A DNA stretch of 63,568 nt, the filler included, from Octopus bimaculoides (lineage: Eukaryota): NCBI RefSeq assembly GCF_001194135.2. It is 6 parts of 6 records of this genome, joined end to end, with 100 filler letters (N's around TTAATTAATTAA, not from the genome) between each part and the next. Parts side by side here need not be neighbours in the genome. Positions count along the whole stretch, not along the records: positions 1 to 22,098 come from NC_068990.1; positions 22,199 to 36,944 come from NC_068991.1; 4 more parts are not named here. The stretch is one strand, 5' to 3'. This document shows, in pieces, positions 10,788 to 22,323 of the stretch. Position 1 is the stretch's first letter. Every line of letters begins with the position of its first letter. Both the position numbers and the translations under genes were made by a program. The notes under the pieces are model-generated. The model was not told where the DNA came from. It was given only the letters and a program-made list of their open reading frames with translations, and did not search any database.

Positions 10788-11583
10788 NNNNNNNNNNNNN
10801 NNNNNNNNNNNNNNNNNNNNNNNNNNNNNNNNNNNNNNNNNNNNNNNNNNNNNNNNNNNNNNNNNNNNNNNNNNNNNNNNNNNNNNNNNNNNNNNNNNNN
10901 NNNNNNNNNNNNNNNNNNNNNNNNNNNNNNNNNNNNNNNNNNNNNNNNNNNNNNNNNNNNNNNNNNNNNNNNNNNNNNNNNNNNNNNNNNNNNNNNNNNN
11001 NNNNNNNNNNNNNNNNNNNNNNNNNNNNNNNNNNNNNNNNNNNNNNNNNNNNNNNNNNNNNNNNNNNNNNNNNNNNNNNNNNNNNNNNNNNNNNNNNNNN
11101 NNNNNNNNNNNNNNNNNNNNNNNNNNNNNNNNNNNNNNNNNNNNNNNNNNNNNNNNNNNNNNNNNNNNNNNNNNNNNNNNNNNNNNNNNNNNNNNNNNNN
11201 NNNNNNNNNNNNNNNNNNNNNNNNNNNNNNNNNNNNNNNNNNNNNNNNNNNNNNNNNNNNNNNNNNNNNNNNNNNNNNNNNNNNNNNNNNNNNNNNNNNN
11301 NNNNNNNNNNNNNNNNNNNNNNNNNNNNNNNNNNNNNNNNNNNNNNNNNNNNNNNNNNNNNNNNNNNNNNNNNNNNNNNNNNNNNNNNNNNNNNNNNNNN
11401 NNNNNNNNNNNNNNNNNNNNNNNNNNNNNNNNNNNNNNNNNNNNNNNNNNNNNNNNNNNNNNNNNNNNNNNNNNNNNNNNNNNNNNNNNNNNNNNNNNNN
11501 NNNNNNNNNNNNNNNNNNNNNNNNNNNNNNNNNNNNNNNNNNNNNNNNNNNNNNNNNNNNNNNNNNNNNNNNNNNNNNNNNNN

Positions 11584-12093
11584 TGGGCCTACCTCTTCCA
11601 CAGGTTCCCTCAACTGTTAGGGTGTGGCACTTTTTCACGCAGCTATCCTTGTCCATTCTCACCACATGTCCATACCAGCGCAATCGCCTCTCTTGCACAC
11701 CACAAATGATGCTTCTTATGTTCAGCTTTTCTCTCAAGATACTTCCACTCTGACGGGTATGCACAGTGACATTACACATCCAGCAGAGCATACTGGCTTC
11801 ATTCCTTACAAGCTTACGCATGTCCTCAGCAGTCACAGCCCATATTTCACTGCCATGTAGCATGGCTGTTCGTACACATGCGTCATTCAGTCTGCCTTTT
11901 ACTCTGAGTGAGAGTCCGTTTGTCGCCAGCAGAGGTAAGAGCTCTCTGAACTTTGCCCAGGCTATTCTTATTCTAGCAGCTACACTTTCAGCGCACCCAC
12001 CCCCACTACTAACTTGGTCACCCAGATAGCAGAAGCTATCGACTACCTCTAGTTTTTCTCCCTGGAATGAGACAGAAGTTGTTTCCTGTTTGT
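11584..12093 (-). mobile_element. RTE LINE ORF2 fragment (RT domain 7 to C-terminus), bounded by gaps
   Basis: Open frame of about 170 aa: LEVVDSFCYLGDQVSSGGG, RIRIAWAKFRELLPLL, MLHGSEIW, RRLRWYGHVVRM, GTCGRGRP. Confidence 0.92.
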
Positions 12094-12954
12094 NNNNNNN
12101 NNNNNNNNNNNNNNNNNNNNNNNNNNNNNNNNNNNNNNNNNNNNNNNNNNNNNNNNNNNNNNNNNNNNNNNNNNNNNNNNNNNNNNNNNNNNNNNNNNNN
12201 NNNNNNNNNNNNNNNNNNNNNNNNNNNNNNNNNNNNNNNNNNNNNNNNNNNNNNNNNNNNNNNNNNNNNNNNNNNNNNNNNNNNNNNNNNNNNNNNNNNN
12301 NNNNNNNNNNNNNNNNNNNNNNNNNNNNNNNNNNNNNNNNNNNNNNNNNNNNNNNNNNNNNNNNNNNNNNNNNNNNNNNNNNNNNNNNNNNNNNNNNNNN
12401 NNNNNNNNNNNNNNNNNNNNNNNNNNNNNNNNNNNNNNNNNNNNNNNNNNNNNNNNNNNNNNNNNNNNNNNNNNNNNNNNNNNNNNNNNNNNNNNNNNNN
12501 NNNNNNNNNNNNNNNNNNNNNNNNNNNNNNNNNNNNNNNNNNNNNNNNNNNNNNNNNNNNNNNNNNNNNNNNNNNNNNNNNNNNNNNNNNNNNNNNNNNN
12601 NNNNNNNNNNNNNNNNNNNNNNNNNNNNNNNNNNNNNNNNNNNNNNNNNNNNNNNNNNNNNNNNNNNNNNNNNNNNNNNNNNNNNNNNNNNNNNNNNNNN
12701 NNNNNNNNNNNNNNNNNNNNNNNNNNNNNNNNNNNNNNNNNNNNNNNNNNNNNNNNNNNNNNNNNNNNNNNNNNNNNNNNNNNNNNNNNNNNNNNNNNNN
12801 NNNNNNNNNNNNNNNNNNNNNNNNNNNNNNNNNNNNNNNNNNNNNNNNNNNNNNNNNNNNNNNNNNNNNNNNNNNNNNNNNNNNNNNNNNNNNNNNNNNN
12901 NNNNNNNNNNNNNNNNNNNNNNNNNNNNNNNNNNNNNNNNNNNNNNNNNNNNNN

Positions 12955-13257
12955 GACACATGTATCCCATACTATTGATCTTTATGCGCATATTCCAAAA
13001 TTTCAGTCTTCTGGAACCTGTAAAAAGGATTTTGCTCCTGAAAAATGGAGCTCATGGAGCTCTAAGATGTGGGAATGAAGGCCCCTATTGGGGGTGTGGG
13101 TATTAATGTCAACCAGAGAAGTTGAATTGTTGGGAATGTTTTTAACTTGGGTCTTATAGCATGTCTGTATATATGTGAGAGTATAGTTTCACTTTAATAG
13201 TTTCAGTATGAAATTGAAAGTATTAAAGTGAAAGTATCTGACATTACAGTAGCGAAT
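12955..13257 (-). mobile_element. Internal fragment of the non-autonomous Helitron-like family
   Basis: 13020-13257 is the reverse complement of about 19095-19314. Confidence 0.7.
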
Positions 13258-13496
13258 GTATTACATATTTAATTATACTTCGAAAATGAATATTTTGTAG
13301 TGTGTAAACAAATTAGGGTTATGTTCATATCTTTTCTTTAAGAGATGCTTTCTAGCCGTTAGGATTTTGAGGCGTTCAGTTAGACAGAGGTCACAGCGTT
13401 TGTTAGTTGGGTTATAAGAATTAGCTGCTTTTAGTATATGCCACTTTAGTTTATATTCTTATTGTCCTTTAATTCACAGATATAGCTACTAAGTCC
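13258..13496 (-). mobile_element. Inverted copy of the 3' end of the Hydra-type PLE
   Basis: Reverse complement of about 15254-15496 with a few differences. Confidence 0.88.
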
Positions 13497-15582
13497 GAAC
13501 ACAAATAACTATAAGTTCATACAGATAGACATAGTAGACTACTACTCCTCAATTAAACCCACGATCCTAAATAGTGCCCTAATATTCGCCAAAAACCACT
13601 CACATCTAACTAGGAAAGAAATTAATGTAATACTTGAAGCAAGGAAATCTATTATAAGATTTGATAATAAACTCTGGGTCCGTAAGGACTCCCCAAACTC
13701 CTTTGGTATCACCATGGGAGCCCCGGATTCAGCTCAGATAACAGACTTAGTGGGCATATATTTGCTTTCTTACATAGAGGAGGTATTCCCAGATCTCAAA
13801 GGTGGCTTATACAGGGATGACGCGCTGTTCGTAGTTAAAAATCCCTCGAATAGGAAACTTGAACTCATCAAGAACAACCTACATAATTCTTCAAAAGATT
13901 TGGACTAGCCATTTCTATAGAAAATGAACACACCTCCATAAACTACTTAGACGCCAATTGCAACCTAGCCACAGGACTCCATGAACCTTACATAAAGCCA
14001 AACACTAACCTAAAATACATAAACGCATCCAGTAACCACCCGCTATTCCTTAAGAGAGGCTTAGTACATAGTATAAGCAATAGGATATCACGCCTCTCCT
14101 CTAACCGAGATATTTTTAATAAGTATAAGGAAACCTATAACATCGCACTACATAGAGCAGGATTCAACCATAAAATTAAATTCATAGAAGCCAATAACCA
14201 TAAAAAAGACCCAATTAAAGGGAATCTAAACGCTAGCAACACATACACTAATAATACACCAAACACTGCTGCAAACCACACTAACAATACGAATGACACA
14301 GATAAACATAATATAAGTAATAGAAATACAAAAGATCATAAAGCCAAACCACATAACACCAAAAATACCAACAACAGTGTAAACACCAATACCAACAATA
14401 CTACTAGGATTAATAACAGGACGAAGCAGAAATACAATAACAACCAGAACATAATCAATATTAAGCCATACAAAGATAAGTCTATTATGAATAACAGCGA
14501 GACACAGCGGACTAAAATAAACCATACACCGGGCCCACAAAAACCTAACAATACTAACACAGCAAAAACCGATAAGACACATATCAAAAATAAACCTAAC
14601 TATAGAAATAAATTTGATAGCCATAAAGAAAAATTCACTAGCCTTCCCAGCTATGATAGCAGGTTCTATACCAGACATGGCCGTAATAACAATAAGAACA
14701 ATAAAGATACGATCTGGCTAATTATTCCCTACAACATGAATCTCAAATCTAATATGGTCCGTTCATTAATGAACATAATAGATAAACATCTCAATGTAAA
14801 TAATAAATACGCAGCAATATTTAAGAACAAGATAAGAATAGGCCACAGCCTGACATGCAACTTAGCTACCATCATAGCATCTATTAATAATAATAAATTA
14901 GACGCATTCTAAACAGCTAGAAAGACCACGAACAACCAAACTAACAACCGTCCAACTAATAGAACCCCAACCCTAATCCAACACCCCTTGTTAGGAGAAA
15001 CACACACCAAAAAAACAATAGGGCCACATAACAACACACAGACATAGACACCCCTTATAATCTATGTAGCTGTAGAGAAAGGAATAAATGTAATTTCTCC
15101 AGTAGATGTAAGACCGAAAATGTAGTTTACCAATGCAACGTACACACAAACGGCCATATTAGATCTTACATTGGCGCTACAAAAAACCAAATACGCCTAA
15201 GATACAATGAGCACCAATCTAGCTTTAGAAATAGAAAAAAGGCAAATTCAACAGGACTTAGTAGCTATATCTGGGAATTAAAGGACAATAAGATACAATA
15301 TAAACTAAAGTGGCATATACTAAAAGCAGCTAATTCTTATAACCCAGCTAACAGACGCTGTGACCTCTGTCTAACTGAACGCCTCAAAATCCTAACGGCT
15401 AGAAAGCATCTCTTAAAGAAAAGATATGAACATAACCCTAATTTGTTTACACACTACAAAATATTCATTTTCTAAGTATAATTAAATATGTAATACGTTC
15501 CACTTTCTAAGTATAATTAAATATGTAAAAAAGAATTTTCCTTTACTAAGTATAATTAATTATAATTAAATATTAATAAGGT
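13497..15582 (+). mobile_element. 5'-truncated Penelope-like retroelement with RT and C-terminal GIY-YIG (Hydra-clade-like), lightly disrupted
   Basis: RT motifs FIQIDIVDYYSSI, MGAPDSAQITDLVGIYLL and GLYRDDAL; thumb INYLD, YINASSNHP, ISNRISRLSS; endonuclease CSC..C..C, VVY, YIGAT, RYNEH, LSSYIWELK, CDLCLTE. Frameshift near 13890, stop at 14910-14912, second frameshift before about 15040. Clade assignment is from remembered motifs. Confidence 0.88.
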
Positions 15583-16225
15583 NNNNNNNNNNNNNNNNNN
15601 NNNNNNNNNNNNNNNNNNNNNNNNNNNNNNNNNNNNNNNNNNNNNNNNNNNNNNNNNNNNNNNNNNNNNNNNNNNNNNNNNNNNNNNNNNNNNNNNNNNN
15701 NNNNNNNNNNNNNNNNNNNNNNNNNNNNNNNNNNNNNNNNNNNNNNNNNNNNNNNNNNNNNNNNNNNNNNNNNNNNNNNNNNNNNNNNNNNNNNNNNNNN
15801 NNNNNNNNNNNNNNNNNNNNNNNNNNNNNNNNNNNNNNNNNNNNNNNNNNNNNNNNNNNNNNNNNNNNNNNNNNNNNNNNNNNNNNNNNNNNNNNNNNNN
15901 NNNNNNNNNNNNNNNNNNNNNNNNNNNNNNNNNNNNNNNNNNNNNNNNNNNNNNNNNNNNNNNNNNNNNNNNNNNNNNNNNNNNNNNNNNNNNNNNNNNN
16001 NNNNNNNNNNNNNNNNNNNNNNNNNNNNNNNNNNNNNNNNNNNNNNNNNNNNNNNNNNNNNNNNNNNNNNNNNNNNNNNNNNNNNNNNNNNNNNNNNNNN
16101 NNNNNNNNNNNNNNNNNNNNNNNNNNNNNNNNNNNNNNNNNNNNNNNNNNNNNNNNNNNNNNNNNNNNNNNNNNNNNNNNNNNNNNNNNNNNNNNNNNNN
16201 NNNNGAAGCAATCCTATCATATGTG

Positions 16226-16277
<52 letters not shown>

Positions 16278-17100
16278 TGTGAGTGTGTGTGTGTGTGTGA
16301 TATTTAAAAACATTTTTTGAATCACAAGGGAGAACAACATCGCAAGGATGTAGTATATGCAAAGTATTAGCAGACACTCAGGGAAGGAAAGAAATATTGT
16401 TTGACATTTCGAACAAAGCTCGCCTTCAGAACCAGGAGCTAGAGGAAAGTCTAAGAGTTAAGTCGGGGGGGAAAAAAAATCGCCAACGACCCACATGTGG
16501 TTACATATATCTATACTATAATGGATAAAGCTGCTTATTAATAAGGTATGTAACAATTAGTAAAAGTACTAAAACAAAGCAATTATTAAAGGGTTGACTG
16601 TCTGGAAATATTTTTATAAATTCAAGTTCTAAGAAATTTCCTATAATTTCAATTTCTAAAGTTTATTAAATTTTTTAAACTCCAGTTTCACGCAAATTTA
16701 AATATTTACTGCATCCAATTCATCACAAATTTAAATATTCATTGCATTCACTGCGGAGTATTCATTTGCAAAATCTCTCACTTTCTCTTTTAAGTTTTAA
16801 TTCGCTATTAATGTATACGTAATGTTAAAACATTATTCATTGAATGAAAATTTTTTTAAATACCTGTATAATTTTTGAACGCAAGATAGCGGTGAGAAGA
16901 GCCTAGAAAGTTGGGTAATTACTATCAGAAGACAAGGAGAGAAAAAACAAAATGTTACTGACAAGTAGTCAAAACTTGCACCTTATTCACAGTTTCCAAA
17001 CACAACTTCAGCAGTGACACATACACACAAACACACCAATACACATTCGAATGCACACACAGATACACATACACACAAATGAAAGGCAATGAATGTGTGT

Positions 17101-17187
<87 letters not shown>

Positions 17188-17254
17188 CGTGCGTGCGTGC
17201 GTGTGCTGTTCAGTGACAAAACTTCGTGCTATACTACTTTTGTGATGTTACATT

Positions 17255-18590
17255 GCTGAAAACGAGCATAAATTACTTCCAGACCAGCTGTAGGCCTACA
17301 CAACTATAATTAACAGTGTAAGCCAACGTGAAGGATTAATCTTCTTCCTTGATGCTCCTGAAGGAACAGGAAAAACATTTATAACAAAGCTTCTCCTTGC
17401 AGAAGTTAGGCAGCATCAGGACAATGCAGTAGCTATGGCTTCCTCTAGGATTGCAGCTACTTTGTTACCCGGTTGAAGGACAGCACACTCGACTTTCAAA
17501 CTCCCTCTCAATTTAGCAGCATCCAACATGCCTTCATGCAACATCACCAGAAGCTCAGATCAAGGCGTCATCTAATTGTCTGGGATGAATGCACCATGGC
17601 TCACAAGAGAGCTTTGGAAGCATTAGATACAGCCCTGAAAGACATCCGAGGCTGTCATGCTCCAATGGGAGATGTTACGCTTCTGTTGTCAGGTGATTTC
17701 AGGCAAACTCTTCCTGTCATTCCGAAAGACACTAGAGCAGATGAGGTCCAAGCATGCCTAAAATCCTCTACCTTGTGGTATCATGTTACCATCCTCAGTC
17801 TTAACACTAACATGAGTGCTCAGCTACATGGCGACCAAATGTCCAAAAAGTTTGCACAGGACATTTTGACAATTGGTGATGGCAAGGTGCCTCTCGATGC
17901 TGCAGGAGAAATGGAAGTATGGCCATTTTGCTCTGTTGTTAATTCTGTAGATGACCTCAAACACAAAGTCTTTTCCAACTTCAAAGAAAACTACCTAAAT
18001 CACAATTGGCTGTGTGAAAGAGCAATATTAGCTCCAAAAAACGTAGCTGTTACAAAAATTAAACAACACCTGATGCATTCTCTTCCCGGCAATCTTCAAG
18101 CTTACAAGTCTGTTGATACAGTTCCAGATACTAATGAAGTGGTGAACTATCCTCCTGAATTTCTCAATTCGTTGGAGCCTCCTGGACTACCTCCCCACAT
18201 ATTATCACTTAAAGTTGGAATGCCTGTTATGCTACTCCGCAATCTGGAACCACCAAGACTTTGCAATGGAACACGATTCGGGATAAAGAAGATGATGTCA
18301 CACGTTATCGAGGCTACCATTCTTTCTGGATGTGAAAAAGGTGATGACGTCTTTATTCCAAGAATTCCTCTTACTCCATCAGGAGCAGACATTCCTTTTA
18401 CATTCAGAAGACTACAATTCCCCCTTCGTGTCAGTTTTGCCATGTCCATTAACAAATCTCAGGGTCATACCCTCTCTGTGGCTGGTCTTCTCTTGGAAGA
18501 GCCCTGCTTATCATATGGACAACTGTATGTTGGCAGCTCAAGAGTGGGAAGAAAAACAAACCTATTTGCATATGCTCCACAAGGAATATT
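17255..18590 (+). pseudogene. Helitron Rep/Hel PIF1-family helicase domain, decayed
   Basis: FFLDAPEGTGKT (Walker A), ASSRIAATLLPG*RTAHSTFKLPL, LIVWDECTM, LSGDFRQTLPV, RAILAPKN, LKVGMPVMLLRNL..LCNGTR, RLQFPLRVSFAMSINKSQG, GQLYVGSSRV. In-frame stops, a frameshift near 17515 and substitutions in conserved motifs. Confidence 0.92.
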
Positions 18591-18790
18591 GTTTACAACG
18601 AGGTGTTATAATGACAACAGCAAGAAAGTATGTACATGATCACCTTCTTATACCAAACTTCATTGACTTTCATGTATTTNNNNNNNNNNGTATGTACATG
18701 ATCACCTTCTTATACCAAACTTCATTGACTTTCATGTATTTATATTGATATACATATATATATGTGTGTTTGGGTGCGTGTGTGTATATA

Positions 18791-19314
18791 TCTATATATA
18801 TTAAGATGAGAATGTATGTCTGTGTGAATCCCTAAAACTCAAGAACTACACAGCCAATTTCATTCCAAATTTACACATGCCTTACTTAGGGTCAATGTAG
18901 TGTCTTAGGCCAAAACAATTTTTAACTTCTTGCATAGTTCGAGCCCACACAGATATCATATCTCCTCCACTATTTCAGTGTTATGTGTCAAAAGTGAAAC
19001 AATAACATCACTCTACTGAAATGTCAGATACTTTCACTTTAATAGTGAAACTATTCCACTATTTCAGTATTACCTGTCAAAAGTGAAAAAATAACATGTC
19101 GCTACTGTAATGTCAGATACTTTCATTTTAATACTTTCGATTTCATACTGAAACTATTAAAGTGAAACTATACTCTCACATATATACAGGCATACTATAA
19201 GACCCAAGTTAAAAACATTCCCAACAATTCAACTTCTCTGGTTGACATCAATACCCACACCCCGAATAGGGGCCTTCATTCCCACATCTTAGAGCTCCAT
19301 GAGCTCCATTTTTC
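18791..19314 (+). mobile_element. Helitron-like 5' end (Lep1-type non-autonomous family)
   Basis: Begins a|TCTATATATATTAAGATGAG followed by gtctgtgtg and ctcaagaactacacagccaatttc; has an internal roughly 90-bp duplication (18963-19133). Related copies at 12955-13257 and 61777-61945. Confidence 0.65.
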
Positions 19315-19413
19315 NNNNNNNNNNNNNNNNNNNNNNNNNNNNNNNNNNNNNNNNNNNNNNNNNNNNNNNNNNNNNNNNNNNNNNNNNNNNNNNNNNNNNN
19401 NNNNNNNNNNNNN

Positions 19414-20537
19414 NTTTGGCAGAGTTTCTACAGCTGGATGACCTTCCTAACGCCAAACACTCCAAGTGTGTAGTGGGTGCTTTTAGGTGCCACCGGCATG
19501 AGGGCCAGTCAGACAGATACTGGCGACGGCTACGCTTGAAATGGTGTATTTTATGTGCCACCTGCACAGGAGCCAGTCCATCGGCACTGGCAACGATCTC
19601 GCTTGAATGTCTTTTCACGTGCCAGGAAAACGACGTTGGTAATGATCAACGGCCACGCTTGAAATGGTGTATTTTATGTGCNNNNNNNNNNTACGCTTGA
19701 AATGGTGTATTTTATGTGCCACCTGCACAGGAGCCAGTCCATCAGCACTGGCAACGATCTCACTCGAATGTCTTTCACGTGCCACTGGCACAAGTGCCAG
19801 GAAGGCGACATTGGTAATGATCACGCTGGAGCTGTTTACATGCCACCAGCATGGAAGCCAGACGGCTGCTCTTGCAACGATCGCGCTCGGACGGTGCTCT
19901 AAGTGCTCCACTGGTACAGGTGCCATCATGGTTTTGCTTTCACTTGCCCCAACAGGTCTTCGCAAGCCGAGTTTAGTGTTCCTACAAATTTAGTTCGATT
20001 CGATTTCACTTGCCTCAACATGTCTTCGCAAGCAGAGTTTAATGTCCAATGAAAGGATGTTACGCATAAGTGGGCTGGCTACATCCCTGGCAGAGGCCTT
20101 GGATTTTGGTCTCACTTGGCTCGCTGAGTCTTCTCACGCACAGCATATTTCCAAAGGTCACGGTCAAAAGTCATTGCCTCGGTGAGGCCTAATGTTCGGA
20201 GGTTGTGCTTCACCGCCTTGTCCCAGGTCTTGTTAGGCGTGCCTCTTCAGCCCAGGTCTTCCTGGGCCTACCTCTTCCACGGGTTCCCTCAACTGTTAGG
20301 GTTTGGCACTTTTTCACGCAGCTATCCTCATCCATTTTCACCACATGTCCATACTAGCGCAATCGTCTCTCTTGCACACCACAAGTGATGCTTCTTAGGT
20401 TGAACTTTTCTCTCAAGATACTAACACTCTGTCGGGTATGCACACTGACATTACTCATCCATTGGAGCATACTGGCTTCATTCTTTTCATACTGGCTTCA
20501 TTCCTTGCATACTGGCTTCATTCCTTATACTGGCTTC
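19414..20537 (-). mobile_element. RTE LINE 3' fragment (ORF2 end plus 3' UTR)
   Basis: 20170-20480 is homologous to 11584-11810 (GHVVKMDEDSCVKKCQTLTVEGTRGRGRP); 19414-20170 contains RTE 3' UTR motifs. Confidence 0.88.
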
Positions 20538-20619
20538 TATATATATATGTATGTATGTATGACTGTATATATATATATGTATGTATGAATGCTTATATAT
20601 ATATATATATGTATATATG

Positions 20620-21345
20620 AATGTTTGAGGGAACATGTGGAAGAGGCAGGCCCAGGAAAACCTGGGATGCGGTGGTAAAGCACGACCTCCGAACATTAGG
20701 CCTCACCGAGGCAATGACTTCTGACTGAGACCTTTGGAAATATGCTGTGCGTGAGAAGACCCAGCAAGCCAAGTGAGACCAGAATCCAAGGCCTCTTCCA
20801 GGGATGTAGCCAGCCCACTTATGTGTACCTTTCCTTCCTTGGATACTAAACTCCGCTTGTGAAGACCTGTTGAGGCAAGTGAAATCGAAATCAAACTAAA
20901 TTCGACGACAGGTCCTCATGCCTACGTCTCCTTCATTGGACACTAAACTCTGCTTGCGAAGACCTGTTGGGGCAAGCAAAGGCGAAATCGTGATGGCACC
21001 ATCGTTACCAGCGTCGCCTTCCTGGCACTTGTGCCGCAGCGTCGCGTTCCTGGCACTTGTGCCAGTGGCACGTGAAAAGTCATTTGAGCGAGAATGTTGC
21101 CAGTGCTGCTGGACTGGCTCCTATGCAGGTGGCACGTAAAATACAGCATTTTGAGTGTGGCCGTTGCCAGTACCGCCTGACTGGCCTTCGTGCCAGTGGT
21201 ATGTAAAAGCCTCCGCTACACTCTCGGAGTGGTTGGCATTAGGAAGGGCATCTAGCCTGGTGTAGCCATCTGGTTCACCAATCCTCAGTCAAATTGTCCA
21301 ACCCATGCTAGCATGGAATGCGGCCGTTAAACGATGATGATGATG

Positions 21346-21347
<2 letters not shown>
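20620..21347 (+). mobile_element. RTE LINE 3' fragment with (GAT)n tail
   Basis: EGTCGRGRPRKTWDAVVKHDLRTLGLTEAMT-like ORF end, 3' UTR and tail acccatgctagcatgg...gttaaacgatgatgatgatg. Confidence 0.88.
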
Positions 21348-21377
<30 letters not shown>

Positions 21378-21379
21378 GA

Positions 21380-21415
<36 letters not shown>

Positions 21416-21843
21416 TATATGAGTATATGCATATATATGTACAGGTATGTACATACCTTCATGTACATGTACATATAGATACATATCTGGGTATATGACG
21501 TTGCAAAAATAACATGGACAAAAAGATAAACAAGGTACAAAAAACACGCAGGCCACATAGAGAACATATCCTTCATCAGCTGCCACCATTAAAACACTGG
21601 TGTTTTGAAGAGTTAGGGCAGGACGCACCATTAAAATGGCTCTTCCCACAGGCACAAATTAAATTTGTTCCATGGAGGATAGTGGCGGACGGAAAACAAG
21701 ACAGGAAAACGAAATGGTGAAATAAACAAACAGAAAAGGCTATACAGCCAGACGTGGAGAAGTATGTGTATATTGAATGCTGTGAAGCAAGAACTGGAAA
21801 GGCGAAGAGAGGGTGAGATAGATGAATGTATATATATATGAAT

Positions 21844-22098
21844 GTGTTGGATCAGGTTATGAAAGTTACGGAGAAGGTCATAGCCCAACTAATTAGGGAG
21901 CGAATGAATTTAGATGAGATGCAGTTTCGGTTCGTGCCAGGTAAAAGCACTACTGATGCCATATTTCTAGTAAGACAGCTGCAGGAGAAATACCTAGCCA
22001 AGGATAAACCTCTGTACCTGGCTTTCGTTGACATGGAGAAAGCCTTTGACAGGGTCCCCCGATCCCTTATCTGGTGGTCAATGAGGAAACTTGGGATA
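21844..22098 (+). mobile_element. RTE reverse transcriptase fragment (domains 1-3), truncated by a gap
   Basis: LDEMQFRFVPGKSTTDAIFLVRQLQEKY, LYLAFVDMEKAFDRVPR. Confidence 0.92.
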
Positions 22099-22142
22099 NN
22101 NNNNNNNNNNNNNNNNNNNNNNNNNNNNNNNNNNNNNNNNNN

Positions 22143-22154
22143 TTAATTAATTAA
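22143..22154. other. Assembly spacer TTAATTAATTAA (also at 36989-37000, 50531-50542, 61090-61101, 62379-62390)
   Basis: The identical 12-mer occurs five times, always isolated between N runs, and places stops in all six frames. Confidence 0.85.
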
Positions 22155-22285
22155 NNNNNNNNNNNNNNNNNNNNNNNNNNNNNNNNNNNNNNNNNNNNTA
22201 TACGAGTATACATTGATACCTATATAGATGTGTGTATATGGTTATGTGTATATAAGCATAAGCGTTCGTGCTTGTATGTGTATGT

Positions 22286-22323
<38 letters not shown>

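Noticed and set aside
10738-13106. Long ORFs of 280-738 aa here and at other gaps
   Set aside because: Length comes from translated N runs; only the RTE segment at 11584-12093 is real.
13497-15475. Selenocysteine recoding as reported for some Naiad PLEs
   Set aside because: The disruptions seen are TAA/TAG stops and frameshifts, not TGA at Cys positions, and the endonuclease is C-terminal.
22143-22154. Conserved TTAATTAATTAA motif seen five times
   Set aside because: Always isolated between N runs with six-frame stops; a scaffolding spacer, not biology.
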